Counted from the stretch's first letter, positions 44,578 to 58,749 are shown. The stretch: DNA of 64,000 nucleotides from Paraspadella gotoi (GCA_051294375.1 CM119265.1:27361271-27425270), one strand, 5' to 3'. A program made the numbers and translations. The notes: generated by a model not told the origin, from the letters alone.

Positions 44578-45829
44578 AAGAGGGCAGCAATGTTGATTAG
44601 GAGAAGAGATTTAAGAAGGATTTTCTTCTCGCTGGTGAAAGATTAACGATATTTCAGCGTCGATCCAGACGCAGTTCCTTTTGGACGATTCTTTCTTCCG
44701 TTTGTCCGTTCGCTTTGTCAGTCTGTCTGTCTTTTGGTCTTTAAATAGTCATTTTTCTTTTCGGTGTCATGTTTATTTATTGGGTGAAAATTAAAAGTTC
44801 GTCTTGAACTATGTAGTATCTACCGCATCGCACGTTTGATGTCTTTGTCTCTTTGGGTCTTATTTTTCCTTTTTTTTTTGTTTTCTCCTTTATGAAAAAT
44901 TACAAAATTACTTGTTCTACTATTTTCTATTTATAAAGTTTTTACTATTTAATCTATATTATTTAATTATATATATATATATTGCTAACTCTTTTTTAAA
45001 ATTTTTGCTTATCATTATATCAAATAACTCAATTTGGGAAGGGGAAGTCAGTATTGTCTTCTGGAAATAGAGGGAGCATCTATACAACACAAGGTTAGAT
45101 TACTATCTGTCCTAGTTTTCTAATAGATATCACACATCATTTCTGTTAGAAAGTCATTAATGAAAAATCATAATATCTAAAAGGCTTAACAGAAAGGGGT
45201 GGGAATGGATAATTTTTTGAGGGGGGACCAAAGTTATATATAATTTTTTTACCAATGTGGATAAGACTACCATGTAGAATCGTATGTTCTGATAGGGATA
45301 CATACTGGAGAAAGATTCTTATGGGCTCCTTTATATCATGAACCTAATTTTAAAATACTTGAATGAAAATTACAATTTTTCTTTATAATAACTTTTTAAT
45401 TATTTTTTTCATGATTATAAAATGGGAAGGTCCTCAGTTGGGAACCTATACCTTTCAAGAATTTTTGTTTGGTTTTCTTTTTTCTTTTTTTTTGTTTTCT
45501 TTGTTTTCTTTTTTTCTTTCCTCCTTAATTTTCTTTTTTCTTTCTTCTTCTCTTTTTTCTTTCCTCCTTTCCTTTCTTTTTTCTTTCCTCCTTTTTTTTT
45601 CTTTCCTCCTTTCTTCTCTTTTTTCTTTCCTCCTTTCTTCTCTTTTTTCTTTCCTCCTTTCTTCTCTTTTTTCTTTCCTCCTTTCCTTCTTTTTTCTTTC
45701 GACTGCGACTGTTTTTTTAAATCTTTCCTTTTTTCTTCTTTTTATTTCTAGATTAATTTAAAAACGTCGTGATTTAAGGGGATTAATCTTTTGAGGGGAG
45801 AGATTTATTCGATTTATTACATATTATTA

Positions 45830-45875
<46 letters not shown>

Positions 45876-46795
45876 ACTTTCGATAACTGGGAAAAAGCTT
45901 AAGGTCTCGATCCTCACTCAATCCCACTTTTAGTTTCTCATTTTTTTCTCAAGGACAAACTTTTTTTTCTTTTCATTTTTATTTCAGCTCAATTATATAT
46001 TTTTTTCTCTCTAAAAACGGAACAGAAGAGGAAGAAGAGGGTGGAAGGACAAGCAAGAAGGACAAGCGGGAGAAAGGACAAGATGAAGGAAGGACAAGAG
46101 AACGAGATGCTAAGAGGCCAAAAGGACAAGGATGCTAAAAGACAAGCGTGAAGATTCAGGGCAAAATTTTGTGCTTTTTCGGTGCTGCCCGATATCTGAT
46201 TCCCGGCACCGAGACATTCAGTGACTTTAATTATGGACTTTTTTCCATCTCTTTCCTTCTTTCCATCTCTTTCCTTCTTTCCATCTTCCCTCTTTCCACC
46301 ATTCATCCCAATTTCAAAATCTCTCTCATTCCTTTTTCCACTCGATTCTCATTTCATGATTGATGACGTTCATGTGATAGCACGATCTCTCTCGATCTTG
46401 TGATTGATGCGAATCTGGTGATAGTTTGATCACGTCATTGCTTGATAGCGTGATTGATGGGGTTCACGTGACACTCGTCTTTTTGGGGGGAATTATCTAA
46501 TTGTCTCAATCAATATATACGAACAATGTATTTATTCAATATTTATTCAATATTTTGCCTGTGACTTTAAACCTGACCGTAGGTTAAGTCCTTTATCTCT
46601 GGTTACGTGGCGAGCTTTTGATTAAAACTCTCCAGGGAGTTAGTATGAATAATCTGGACTGTGACAGAAAGTCTTGAATGAAGATGAAGATTATTTATTA
46701 AATGAATGGATAATTTTCATACTGGTTGTACCAATTTCATAAGTATTTGTAAAAATAAAATTTACCATTTTTCTCTTTTATGCTCTTCTAACCAG

Positions 46796-46956
46796 AATCC
46801 GAAAAGAGCGCAATTTGGATCAAACACTCCGACGATCCTGGTGAAAGCAAATTTCTGAGTCACGGAAGTAAACCCTTCGATCACACCATCAACAACGAGA
46901 AATATCAGTTCACGACGACCGGAGATCACTTTTATCTTCATATCAACGACGTGAAG
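46796..46956 (+). CDS. Ig-domain gene exon: Ig strands C-E (ESEKSAIWIKHSDDPGESKFLSHGSKPFDHTINNEKYQFTTTGDHFYLHINDVK)
   Basis: ccag acceptor, aag|gtgagt donor, phase compatible with the previous exon. Core Trp and YLHINDV strand-E motif of V/I-set domains. Confidence 0.8.
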
Positions 46957-47628
46957 GTGAGTTTGTGATAAATTTGTAGGTGATAGGGATTATGAACTTG
47001 ACGATATAAAAATTAATTATATTCATTGTATTTAATAATATTTCTTTGGCTGACTTTCTGTTACCTAGATCAAAATTAAAGTAATGATCCTGAGTTCACC
47101 GGAGCTTAGCTAGAGCTAGATGAGGCAATAATGGAGGCTTTGCTTGAGCGACATGGGTGGGCTATCCAGGGCACACTGATATACTGATCACTGATAAATA
47201 ATTTTTTTTTCGGCTAAAAAAGTTACGTTCCATTTAGTTCAGTTTAACCTTTATACGTTTGTTCATTTACTCAACTTAGTTCAAATTCTCCCGCATAAAT
47301 GTAAAAAAAATACATAACGAACTCAAAAATCCACTGAAAGAAAAGAGCAACGGAAACAACAACAATAACAATAAAAACAACAGTCAACAAAAAAAAAGTT
47401 ATCGCTCTTTCGTTTCGCCCCGAAAAAAAAGTTAGGAGAGAAATAAAATTTGCATTTTTTTATTTCCTCGTCGTCATGGTCGTCGTTATGGTCGTCGTCG
47501 TCGTCGTCATCGTCGTCGTCGTTGTCGTCGGTGTTTTCGTCGACTTAGTCATAAAATTCCAATTTAGATTCGCTGAAGAAGATTAGTTTTGACGATTTTT
47601 AGTAATAAACGTCGATGTGAACTTAACG

Positions 47629-47668
<40 letters not shown>

Positions 47669-48154
47669 TGTTGATCTTCACCAACTTTTTCACTTTTTCA
47701 CTTTTTTAGAAGCGTCGCGAGCTCTCACGAAGCAACTCTTACGAGTCGGTCGGCCGTTTGGTTGTTCCGTCCCAATTTATTTTTATCTAAATTATTATAT
47801 ATATGCAAATAACTCGCGCCTGAGTCCTTATACTATCTATTATTCGATATATATGGGGTGAATCCTGAAACCTTTTTTAAGAATCACATTATCTTTAATT
47901 TACTTTTTATATATATCTTTTATACTTATATGAAGTCAGGTAAGTTTCCTATTTTCCCTTATTTTCCTTTGTTTTTCATCTACCTTTCAGCGATTTTATC
48001 TTCTTATAATTTCTTTCTTTTTCATTTTCTCAAATTTTTGACAGAATCTAAGTCAAAATCTTCAGCGGTTTATTTGTCTAAATCGAGTTTTGAAAAGTTT
48101 TGAAGATCTCACTTTACGGTTATGAGGTAAAACGTTAAAAGGAGAAAGAACGCT

Positions 48155-48186
<32 letters not shown>

Positions 48187-48269
48187 AAGGAGAGAGAGAG
48201 AGAAGAGAAGAGAGAGAGAAATAGAAAAGAATGTGAGAAAGATTGAGAATACTTGGAAAGAGAGATGAA

Positions 48270-48308
<39 letters not shown>

Positions 48309-49349
48309 AATGAGAGAGACAGAGACAGAGAGATCCGTCGTCGCCAAGAAGATTCGGCTTTTCAGTTTGCGTCGCCATAAATATTCATTGAATCGAAGTT
48401 TTTCTGACTGACGTCTTTCCTTTCGGAGTTGGAGGCAAGGAGGAAAGGAAAGGAGAAAGGGAGGAAAAGAAAAGGATGGAAGGAGAAAAGAAAAGATTAA
48501 GAAAGAGGAAGGAAAAGAAGGAAAGGAAGGAAAAGAAGAAAAAGGAGGAAAGGAAAGACAGAAAAGGAGGAAAGGAAAGAAGAGAAGGAAGGATGGAAAA
48601 GAAAAAAAGGAGGAAAAGAAAATAAGAAAATAAGAAAATAAAAGGAAATGAAAGGAAAAGGACGAAAGGACAGGAGGAAAGGAGGGAAAGAAAAGAAGGA
48701 AAAGGAAGAAAGGAAAGAAAAAGGACAAAAGAAAAGAAGGAAAGGGACGAAAAAATAAGGAAAAAGAAGAAAGATAGAAAGAAAAGTAACAAAGGAAAGA
48801 AGGAAGGAAAATAATGAAACAAAAACGCAAAAAATGAGAAACGTTCAGGAGGAAAGGAAGTCATAAAAAGAAAAGAAAAAAAAAGAAAAAAAAAGACGTG
48901 AAAGGGCAAATCGTAGCGGAGGAAAAGAAAAGAAAGAAAAAAGAGAAGATATTGATTAATTCGATGCCGAATTCCATTGTTTCATGAATGAAAGAGAGAA
49001 AATGATTTTCATTAAATCTCCCGAAATTAAGTCCTGATTTTTTTCTGATCGAAGCGATGGGGATTCCATCTCATTTCTTGGATTAGAAACTCGTGAATGA
49101 TCTAGAGACTGATTCTGATAACTATAGATACATACATACTTACAGACATACATCCTATGAAGTTAAAGTTAAAAGGGGCTGGGGTTCAAAACTATAGTAT
49201 TGATGTCTACTTTCAGGTAAAAAATATTAAAAAAAAAAAGCTCAATTTTGATGCTTTTATTGTATTGATGTATATAAACAATATATTTAGAAAATTTAAA
49301 AATACATTTTCTTGAGGTTTCATTGGGGTCAAACGCCTGAAAAAAAATA

Positions 49350-49475
49350 ATAACCTGACGAATGCACCTGACGGTTTCATGAGACGATTGCACCTGACGA
49401 ATGCACCTGACGGTTTCATGAGACGATTGTACCTGATGACTGCACCTGATGGTTTCACAAGACGATTGCACCTGC
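49350..49475. repeat. 39-bp minisatellite, ~3 copies (cacctgacgaatgcacctgacggtttcatgagacgattg)
   Basis: Direct tandem units. Confidence 0.85.
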
Positions 49476-50257
49476 TGATCCGTTCTGACCTCAATCTCGC
49501 TCCATCGCCTTTCACCTTTCAAGTTTCCGACGTTGATTAAAAACCTCAACTTTTTCCCAACTTTTTTCTCTTTTTTCTTTTTTTCTTTTCTTTTCTTTTC
49601 TTTTCTTTTCTTATTCTTTTCTTTTCTTTTCTTTTCTTTTTTTTCTGATCTTTTCTCTTTTTTCCCTTTTTTTTCTTTCTTTGCTTTTATTTCTTTTCGC
49701 TTTTTTTTTCTCTGATCTTTTCTTTTTTCCCTTTTTCTTTTCTTTTCTTTTTCTTATTTCCTTTTATTTATTCTTTTCTATTCTTTACTTTTCTTCTCTT
49801 TTCTTTTCTCTTCTTTTCTTTTTTCCTTTTCTTTTCTTTTCTTTTCTTTTTTTCTTTTTTTTCTGATCTTTTTTTCCCCTTTTTTTTCTTTCTTTGCTTT
49901 TATTTCATTTCGTTTTTTTTTCTCTGATCTTTTCTTTTTTCCCTTTTTCTTTTCTTTTCTTTTTCTTATTTCCTTTTATTTATTCATTTTTTATTCTTTA
50001 CTTTTCTTCTCTTTTTTTTTCGTTTTCTTCTCTTTTCTTTCCTCTTCTCTTTTCTGTCTTTTCTTTTCCTTCCTTTTTTTTCTTGTATATTTTTTTCCCG
50101 TAGTTAAAGAAGAAAATCTGAGTAGACCGAAAGAGGTCACGAGTTCAAGGAGTAGACTCATCACAAGGTCAAAGGTCAAAGGTCATCACGAGGTCAAAGG
50201 TTCGAATCCAAAGCTGACGACAAAGATGTTGACGAAGATAACGAAGAAGATGTCAAA

Positions 50258-50290
<33 letters not shown>

Positions 50291-52589
50291 TGAAGGCAAG
50301 GTGGGGCAAGATTTGAAAACAGATGATGAAGGAACGGAAAGAGAGAAGAGAGAGATGAGGAGAGAGAGAGAACGATAGAGAGATAGAGAGAGATGAGAGG
50401 AGAGGAGAGAGAAAAAAAGAAGAAGAATAGAGGATGAAAGAGAGAAAGAGAGTGAAAAGATAACAGCTAAGCACCACGCTGCGGAGACAGCGTAGCGAAC
50501 CTCCTGTGCTGAGCCTCTCTTCCCTCTACTCTCTATCATTGTCTGAGCCGCTGTCTCACCTATCTCTCCCTTTTATTTTCTCTATTCTTTTCTTCTTCTT
50601 GCTTTACTTTCTTCTTGTTTACCTTTCTATTTATCTTACTCTTCCCTCTTTGCTTCTCTTTTCTTTCCTTTCTTTTTCTTTCTCCTTCTTCTTTTCTTTT
50701 CTTCTTTCTTTTCTTTCTGTTTTCTTTCTTCTACTTTTCTCTTTTCGTTTTTTCTTTCTTTATTTTTATTTATCTTCTTTCTTTCTTTCTTTCTTTCTTT
50801 TCTTCTCTTCTCTCTTTCTTCTTTCTTCTTTCTTTCTTTATTTCTTTCTTTCCAAATCCCTTCCATTTGAATTCCCTCACCAATAAGTTCTTCTCGTCCT
50901 TGGAAAAAATCTTCACAAAAATTTCTTCGCGACCAAAAATCACGTGTGAAAATTTTTTTTGCTCTTAAAAGTGAAACGAGTGAATTATAAGAAGAAATTC
51001 CAGCGAATGGAATCAGAATTTCACTTTCACAGAATTTGAAAGACATCGAAGCTTCGTGAAGTTTCACGCGAAAAAAAACTAGAGCGGAGTTTCAAACTCA
51101 ACTTTAACAGTTAAGAGAAATATTTTGGTTGAACTTTACTGAAAAATCTTCCAGATACATTATGAATCTCGATTTAAAAACTTGCGGGGTCAAGGGTCAT
51201 GCTATGTTATTATCCTGTAAAAGGGATGGNNNNNNNNNNNNNNNNNNNNNNNNNNNNNNNNNNNNNNNNNNNNNNNNNNNNNNNNNNNNNNNNNNNNNNN
51301 NNNNNNNNNNNNNNNNNNNNNNNNNNNNNTCCTCCATTTTTTCTTTTTCGTCTCCTCCCCAACTTTTTTTTCTCTTCTTTCCTTTTTCACTTCCTTCTTT
51401 CCTCTTTTCTTCCTTCCTTTTTTCTTCTTAGATTTTCCTTTCCTCCCTCCTTGACTCTGCCTCTTTTTGTTCTCCTCACCCTTTTCACTTCTTCTCCTTT
51501 CCTTTCTCCTTTCCTTTCTTATTTCCTTTCCTATCTTTCCTCCCTTCCCTCTCTTTCCTCCCCCTTTCAAACTTGGCTAGTCTTCGTTTAATCATCTCTC
51601 AACTGATTTATACCTCTTTTTTTTTTTCGCATACCGGGCGCGGACGCCCTAACGCTCGGCTGCCGACGCCGCCCAGCACCCGCCGCCGCACGCCGCAGCA
51701 GCGCCGCCTTCAGACTCGACCATTGAGGCGTGGCTCTCATTTCTCAGTTGCAGTAATTCGAAATTCAAACAAACTCGAGTCTCGCCGTCGCTGAAAAATG
51801 TTTTTATGAGGGGGACCGGAATACATTTTTTNNNNNNNNNNNNNNNNNNNNNNNNNNNNNNNNNNNNNNNNNNNNNNNNNNNNNNNNNNNNNNNNNNNNN
51901 NNNNNNNNNNNNNNNNNNNNNNNNNNNNNNNNNNNNNNNNNNNNNNNNNNNNNNNNNNNNNNNNNNNNNNNNNNNNNNNNNNNNNNNNNNNNNNNNNNNN
52001 NNNNNNNNNNNNNNNNNNNNNNNNNNNNNNNNNNNNNNNNNNNNNNNNNNNNNNNNNNNNNNNNNNNNNNNNNNNNNNNNNNNNNNNNNNNNNNNNNNNN
52101 NNNNNNNNNNNNNNNNNNNNNNNNNNNNNNNNNNNNNNNNNNNNNNNNNNNNNNNNNNNNNNNNNNNNNNNNNNNNNNNNNNNNNNNNNNNNNNNNNNNN
52201 NNNNNNNNNNNNNNNNNNNNNNNNNNNNNNTTTTTTCTCTCTCTTTTCCTTTTATTATTTATTTCTTATCTTAATTCCTTTTTTTTCCTTTCCTCTTTTT
52301 TCATTTCTTTACCTTTCTATAATCTTCCTTCTCTCTTCCCCTTTAATATCTTTCCTCTCTCTTTTCCTCTTCATTTATTTTCCTTTCTATAATCTTCCTT
52401 CTCTCTTCCTCTCTAATATCTTTCCTCCCTCTTTTCCTCTTCCATTGTTAACTTTGACACCCAGGGTTCCTAAAATTCGTGTTCCCGAACCTGGTAACAA
52501 GTTTATTTTTTCCTTTAACAAAATTCCGCTTTTTTTTAGAACAAAAAAAATATTTTTCTTTAAAAAAAACAAACTTTTACGCCTCCATT

Positions 52590-52702
52590 TTTAGAAAATA
52601 TTCGCGGAGCAACCCTATTAGACACTTGGGGTCCGTTGGTCGGTCGGTCTGTATGTCTGTCCGTCAGTCTATTCCACTTACGTTGAAAATGCTAATAACT
52701 CG
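52590..52702 (+). mobile_element. DINE-1/HINE-like (Helentron-associated) short element, degenerate copy
   Basis: cgcggagcaaccctattagacactt, then (cggt/ctgt)n, then ccacttacgttgaaaatgc. Homologous to 61140-61290. Confidence 0.55.
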
Positions 52703-54469
52703 TTTAATACTTGTACATATATAGCATACTTTTGAAGTATGTGATCACCTGAAAAAGCGATCACATCACCCAAACTTCAATGGCATTTAAATTCGGTTGC
52801 TATTTTGTTGATTACGCTAAACATTAAATCCGAGTGACTGCTAGCGCTACCTTTTGTTTTTAAAGAAATATAAAAAATAAAAGAGCAGTGCATGGCATGG
52901 CATGGAAGGTAATAACCCGGAAATACATCTTAAAGACAGAAACTGCGACGCGACACTTTGGAATTACCATTCCTGTTTCCTTTTTAAAAGGAGAAAACGC
53001 GAATCGTAAAACTTGTCACGGATGATTAGACTTTTTTGAAATTTTCTTCTTTTTTTTCTGGTTAAAAATGAAAATTATTTTTTTTGTGTCGCGTCGCAAT
53101 TAAATTTTATTCGGTCGGTCGGTCAGTCTATTTTTTTTTAAAGGATGTACAAACATTTATTCTGTTTCAAAGAAAGTAGTTTTCATTATGACAAAAGATG
53201 ATAATTTTTGAGAACCATTCCAGATGAAATCAACATTATACACTAATATATGTGGCGAACTATTGCCATTGGTCAGTGACCACTGACCAATGGTCACGTT
53301 CGTTTGAATCTCTAATTTCACTAGTTCGTTAAAATGATTAAAATGTTTCCAAGAACAAAAATGTTTATTTGTTCAGTTATAAAATCAGACCTTAATATAA
53401 TAAACAAAGCATATAGATATTCAGATAAACATAATACCTATATGCCTAAACTAGCAAACGCAATAACAGTAATAATAATCACACATATATCCGAGGATGC
53501 TTTTTGAATATTTTAGATTACTGTAGAAATATAACAATTCGAAATTTCTGCGACTAAACGATCCTTTAAAAATACTTTTACTTTGATAACAATCCCCTTA
53601 AAAAGTAGAAAACTTTTCCTTTCAACTTTCGGAGAAAAACAACTTTTCATTTTCGATTAAATGAAAAAAAAGTTTTTCTTTGACCCGAAAAAGAGAAGAA
53701 AAAAAATCAAGGAAAGTCAGTCGTACTTACCCCCCAAACTCGACTTACCCCCTTTCCTTACCCCTTACCATCAAACTCGATTACCCCCTTCCCAACTCCT
53801 TAACCCCTTTAAAGCCACCTAATCTCCCCACAAGACCCCCTTAACCCTGGACCATCATCATTAGATCTCCTTCTCTCAACCAGTTCCCTTCCACATCCCT
53901 CACCAGTCCCTTCCACATCCCTCACCAGTCCCCTTCCACATCCCTCACCAGTACCCTTCCACATCCCTCACAAGTCGAGCGGCGATTAAAAGAGAAAATT
54001 AAATGTTCCTTCGAGACGAAACGCTGCCTCGAGCCTCCTCTGCAACGTCGGGCCTTTGCGGCAACGGCGGGCCTTTGCAGCATTGGCGGGCCTTTGTGAC
54101 ATTGGAGTGACTTTGAGGCACCGGATCGTCTTTTCGGCACAGTGGGTCCTATGAGGCTTCGGCGGGCCTTTGCGACTTCAGGGGGGCCTTTGCAGCACGC
54201 GGCACTGGCGAAGCTTTGAAGCATTTGCAGAATTTGCGGCATTTGCGGCAGGGAAGATTCGGGGCGACGTTATTTCGCGCGCGGAAGATCCTAATTCGTG
54301 ACCTCGTCGGCCAGAGTGGTCGACCTCTCGATCGTCTTTGACTCCCATGACCACATTTGACCCACACCGACTACTTTTGACCCAAACCGTCCACTTTCGA
54401 CCCTCTGGAACCCCTAGACGCATGACCACTCCGGATCACGAGGAGATGGAGTGGAGAGGAGAGAAGAGA

Positions 54470-54750
54470 GGGAGAGAGGGAAAGGAAGATTAGAGAGGAA
54501 AAGGAGAGAGGGAAAGGAAGATTAGAGAGGAAAAGAAGAGAGGGAGAGAGGGAAAGGAAGATTAGAGAGGAAAAGAAGAGAGGGAGAGAGGGAAAGGAAG
54601 ATTAGAGAGGAAAAGAAGAGAGGGAGAGAGGGAAAGGAAGATTAGAGAGGAAAAGAAGAGAGGGAGAGAGGGAAAGGAAGATTAGAGAGGAAAAGAAGAG
54701 AGGGAGAGAGGGAAAGGAAGATTAGAGAGGAAAAGAAGAGAGGGAGAGGA
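54470..54750. repeat. 40-bp purine minisatellite, ~6-7 copies (gagagggaaaggaagattagagaggaaaagaagagaggga)
   Basis: Exact 40-bp periodicity. Confidence 0.9.
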
Positions 54751-55124
54751 CAGGAAAATGGGGGAAATTAATCAATAATAATCAACATTTTTTGAATTTA
54801 TTCAGATAGTACATGTAAATATAGTAACCACTCAAGAGGAAGAAAAAGAGGAACAAGAAACGAGAGATAGAGAGGGACAGAGAGAGGTAGAGATAGAGAG
54901 AGATAGAGAGATAGAGATAGAGAACCTTCTTCCCCCTCCGCAACCACTGAACCGTTCCGGGATCAAAGTGCCTCCGGTTAATCCCGACAAGGCCGCGCCT
55001 CAAGATAGAGGGGAAGCTTTTTCCATTCGCTCATCAATCCATCCATCCGTCCGTTTGTCGAATCATCCATCTATCGGTTCATCCGTAAATTCATCCTTTT
55101 TTCTAATCTGTTAATCCATCCATT

Positions 55125-55167
55125 AATTTATTTATTTATTTTTATTTATTTTTATTTATTTTAATAT

Positions 55168-55258
<91 letters not shown>

Positions 55259-55262
55259 TTAT
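55125..55262. repeat. (TTTA)n microsatellite
   Basis: Seen directly. Confidence 0.95.
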
Positions 55263-57598
55263 TGTTATGGTAACGATGGTGACATCCGTTTTTGCTACCG
55301 TCAACTGACGGTGATGATGATTACACAACGACTTTGCTGATGATAAAATGTTGTGAATGAGGGAATATTAAGAAGGTGGTGACGCCTGATAGAAAAGCAG
55401 TGCCTGATTTAAGAAGCGATACGTGATGGTGAAAGCANNNNNNNNNNNNNNNNNNNNNNNNNNNNNNNNNNNNNNNNNNNNNNNNNNNNNNNNNNNNNNN
55501 NNNNNNNNNNNNNNNNNNNNNNNNNNNNNNNNNNNNNNNNNNNNNNNNNNNNNNNNNNNNNNNNNNNNNNNNNNNNNNNNNNNNNNNNNNNNNNNNNNNN
55601 NNNNNNNNNNNNNNNNNNNNNNNNNNNNNNNNNNNNNNNNNNNNNNNNNNNNNNNNNNNNNNNNNNNNNNNNNNNNNNNNNNNNNNNNNNNNNNNNNNNN
55701 NNNNNNNNNNNNNNNNNNNNNNNNNNNNNNNNNNNNNNNNNNNNNNNNNNNNNNNNNNNNNNNNNNNNNNNNNNNNNNNNNNNNNNNNNNNNNNNNNNNN
55801 NNNNNNNNNNNNNNNNNNNNNNNNNNNNNNNNNNNNNNNNNNNNNNNNNNNNNNNNNNNNNNNNNNNNNNNNNNNNNNNNNNNNNNNNNNNNNNNNNNNN
55901 NNNNNNNNNNNNNNNNNNNNNNNNNNNNNNNNNNNNNNNNNNNNNNNNNNNNNNNNNNNNNNNNNNNNNNNNNNNNNNNNNNNNNNNNNNNNNNNNNNNN
56001 NNNNNNNNNNNNNNNNNNNNNNNNNNNNNNNNNNNNNNNNNNNNNNNNNNNNNNNNNNNNNNNNNNNNNNNNNNNNNNNNNCCCTGGAGACAAAACAAAG
56101 ACTGAAAAATGTAAAAGAAAAATAGTTTATGAATCGAGAGAGAGAGTGAGTGTTACAATTGTGACATCGAAAGAACGGCGGAGAGANNNNNNNNNNNNNN
56201 NNNNNNNNNNNNNNNNNNNNNNNNNNNNNNNNNNNNNNNNNNNNNNNNNNNNNNNNNNNNNNNNNNNNNNNNNNNNNNNNNNNNNNNNNNNNNNNNNNNN
56301 NNNNNNNNNNNNNNNNNNNNNNNNNNNNNNNNNTGTCAAATCCCCCCCGTGTCTCTCTCTCTCTCTTCTCTCTCTCTCCTCTCTCCTCTCTCTCATCTCT
56401 CTCTCTCTCTCTCTCTCTTTGACTTGTGACAATGAAAAATATAAATTTGTAAAGAATTCGTAGGAATATTAAAAAAAGAAATTAGAAACTTGTAAATTTA
56501 AATCAACTTCATAACTGACACAAAAAATGGCAAATTCTTCGATAGCTTTGGAGACAGGGAAAAATAAACTAAGTTTTAGCAAAGACATAAAAACTGAACA
56601 TAAAAGTAAACATAAAGATAAACATGAGCAAAGGATAAAACAGAGAGACACAACTAAGCTTAAAATACCTGGAAGCGAAACAGCGAAACAAAGTCGCTCA
56701 GCGAAACAAAGAGAAAAGTTATTAACAAAACAGAGAATCACAAGAGACTGAACAGCAATGGGGAAAACNNNNNNNNNNNNNNNNNNNNNNNNNNNNNNNN
56801 NNNNNNNNNNNNNNNNNNNNNNNNNNNNNNNNNNNNNNNNNNNGATCCAAAGTCGAACGCCCACGGGTGGTCTCCTGATCACGTGATTAACGACGGCGAT
56901 GAGGAGGAGGGCAGGAGGAGAGGAGGAGAGAAGAAGAAGACAATAAAAGAAGAAGACAGAGAGGAAGGAGAAAAAAAAAACAGGAAAGAAGAACAATAAC
57001 AAAAGAGAAGAAGGCAAGAGAGAGAGAAGAACAAGAAGAAGAACGATGAAAGTATGAGAGAAAACAGAGAGGAAGGAGAATAGAATTTATTCTTTCTTGA
57101 CCCGTTTTTGAGGTCCGTGACAACAATAGAGAGAGAGAGATGAGCGAGTATACAGAAGAAGAAGACAGAAGAATGGAGAGAGAGAGAGAGAGAGCAGAAG
57201 AGAGAGAGAGAGAGAGAGAGAGACGAGAGGAGAGAGAGAGGAAAAAGAGAGAGAGAGAGAGAACAATTCTCTGATTTTTTTTGGGGCTGAAGTCAGAAAA
57301 TCTCAGACGAGAAGAGTCGCTCTAAATATTCCTCCTCCTTTTTGTCGTGATTTTTCGAGTTTAGGTTTTTGGGTCTTGGATTGTTTTTACTAGAGATTCG
57401 TTTTGAAGAGATTGTTTTGTGACTAGAGATTGTTTTGACGAAAGATTGTTTTCACCTGAAATTGTTTTTGACTAGAGATTGGTTTTGACTAGAGATTGGT
57501 TTTGTGAAAGTTTGCTGTTTGATTGCGTTAGATTATTCCTGAGAAAAATCTTCTGCTTTTTCTTCTCTTCCTCCTTCTCTGCCTCATCTCTTCTCCAG

Positions 57599-57657
57599 GT
57601 GCAGATCACCTACTCTCTCGTCTCTACATGGCATGTTTAAACTAACAACCGTGAGAG
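57599..57657 (+). CDS. Candidate exon for Ig strands F-G (CRSPTLSSLHGMFKLTTVR)
   Basis: Strong pyrimidine tract plus ctccag acceptor at 57598; supplies the second Cys. Donor uncertain (gtgaga at 57651 or gccaag at 57658). The DxGxY micro-exon was not found and may lie in an N-gap. Confidence 0.35.
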
Positions 57658-57679
57658 GCCAAGAAAAGTTGGTCTTGGG

Positions 57680-58070
57680 TCGGCGACTGCGTCGGCAAAG
57701 ACGAGTTTTGCATCGGAACTTGTGTCGGCAAAGAGAGATTTTGCCTCAGCACCTGCCTCGACAAAGAAAGGTTTTACCCTGGCACTTGCCTCGACAAAGA
57801 AAGGATTTGCATTGGCATCTTCGCCGGCAAAGAATGGTTTTTCCTCGGTAACTGCGTCAGCAAATAGAGGTTTTGCATCGGCACCTGCATTGGCAAAGAG
57901 AGGTTTTGCATCGGCACCTGCATTGGAAAAGCAAATTTTTTTCTTTGGCATCTTCGTCGGCAAAGAGAGGTTTTGCCTCGATAACTGCGTCCGCAAATAG
58001 AGGTTTTGCATTGGCACCTGCATTGGCAAAGAGAGGTTTTGCATCGGCACCCGCCTTTTGCGTCGGCAGA
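57680..58070. repeat. 33-bp degenerate minisatellite (gcRtYggcaaagagaggttttgcatcggcacct), ~12 copies
   Basis: Tandem units that generate repetitive ORFs on both strands. Confidence 0.85.
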
Positions 58071-58591
58071 ACTGGAAATTAAATCCGTAACAACCGGTTA
58101 TAAGGCGTAGCTCAAATTCTCAAAGCCAGTGGCATCGCGTGTTGGCAGACTCGTTATTTTTCTTCAGAGTTCAGTGCGAGATGTTTGCCGGTCGGTTATA
58201 TGGCATCGAAACTCAAATTGCCCCGAAGGTAGGCTGGTTTGCCAGATTTCTTCAGTTCAGTCGAGATTTGGGTCGGTTATGCTGATCGAAACTCCATTGC
58301 ATCCATAACCATCTACTCGAAGTAGGCGAATCATCCTTGATTTAGTAGAAAATCCTTTTTTCTTCGCGATACCGAAGGCGATAGAAATGAGGCCAACGTG
58401 GGCACCGTTGTGGGGGAAAGGGGGTTGAAAAAGTGTGGTGCAAATGTTGGGCAAAGTCGGGTATTTGTGTCGGCGTTTTTGTGTCGGCAATCGCCGGATC
58501 CCTCGACGAATAAGCGGCGCGAATCGCAGTGGGAGATGAACCGGAAATGGGGGAAGTGGGGGGGAGGGAAGAGGAAGCAGTGGGAGAGGAA

Positions 58592-58665
58592 GGTAAGTGG
58601 GACAAACCAACAGACAGAACCGACCGACTGACCGACCGACCAAACAAGAGTGAGTTAATAGAGTA
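58592..58665 (-). mobile_element. DINE-1/HINE-like short element fragment
   Basis: Reverse complement reads actctattaactcactc..(ggtc)n..gtcccacttac, the same family as 61140-61290. Confidence 0.5.
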
Positions 58666-58749
58666 TACGAGTTATTGAGAAATAAAGAATCAAATCAGAG
58701 AAAAAACCTGGTACGAAGCGATAGGAAGCAGGGGGCCCGCTTTTTTAGG

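Noticed and set aside
50205-50293. Acidic ORF-like stretch (ADDKDVDEDNEEDVKDDDD)
   Set aside because: It ends in TGA with no convincing splice sites. It also shows that (GAC)n tracts occur outside exons, which limits confidence in the 60221 candidate.
57722-58082. Neuropeptide-precursor-like repeats (KR-GFASAPALA)
   Set aside because: A 33-bp minisatellite with an in-frame stop upstream, an internal frameshift, no signal peptide or amidation Gly, and dibasic sites that are not maintained.
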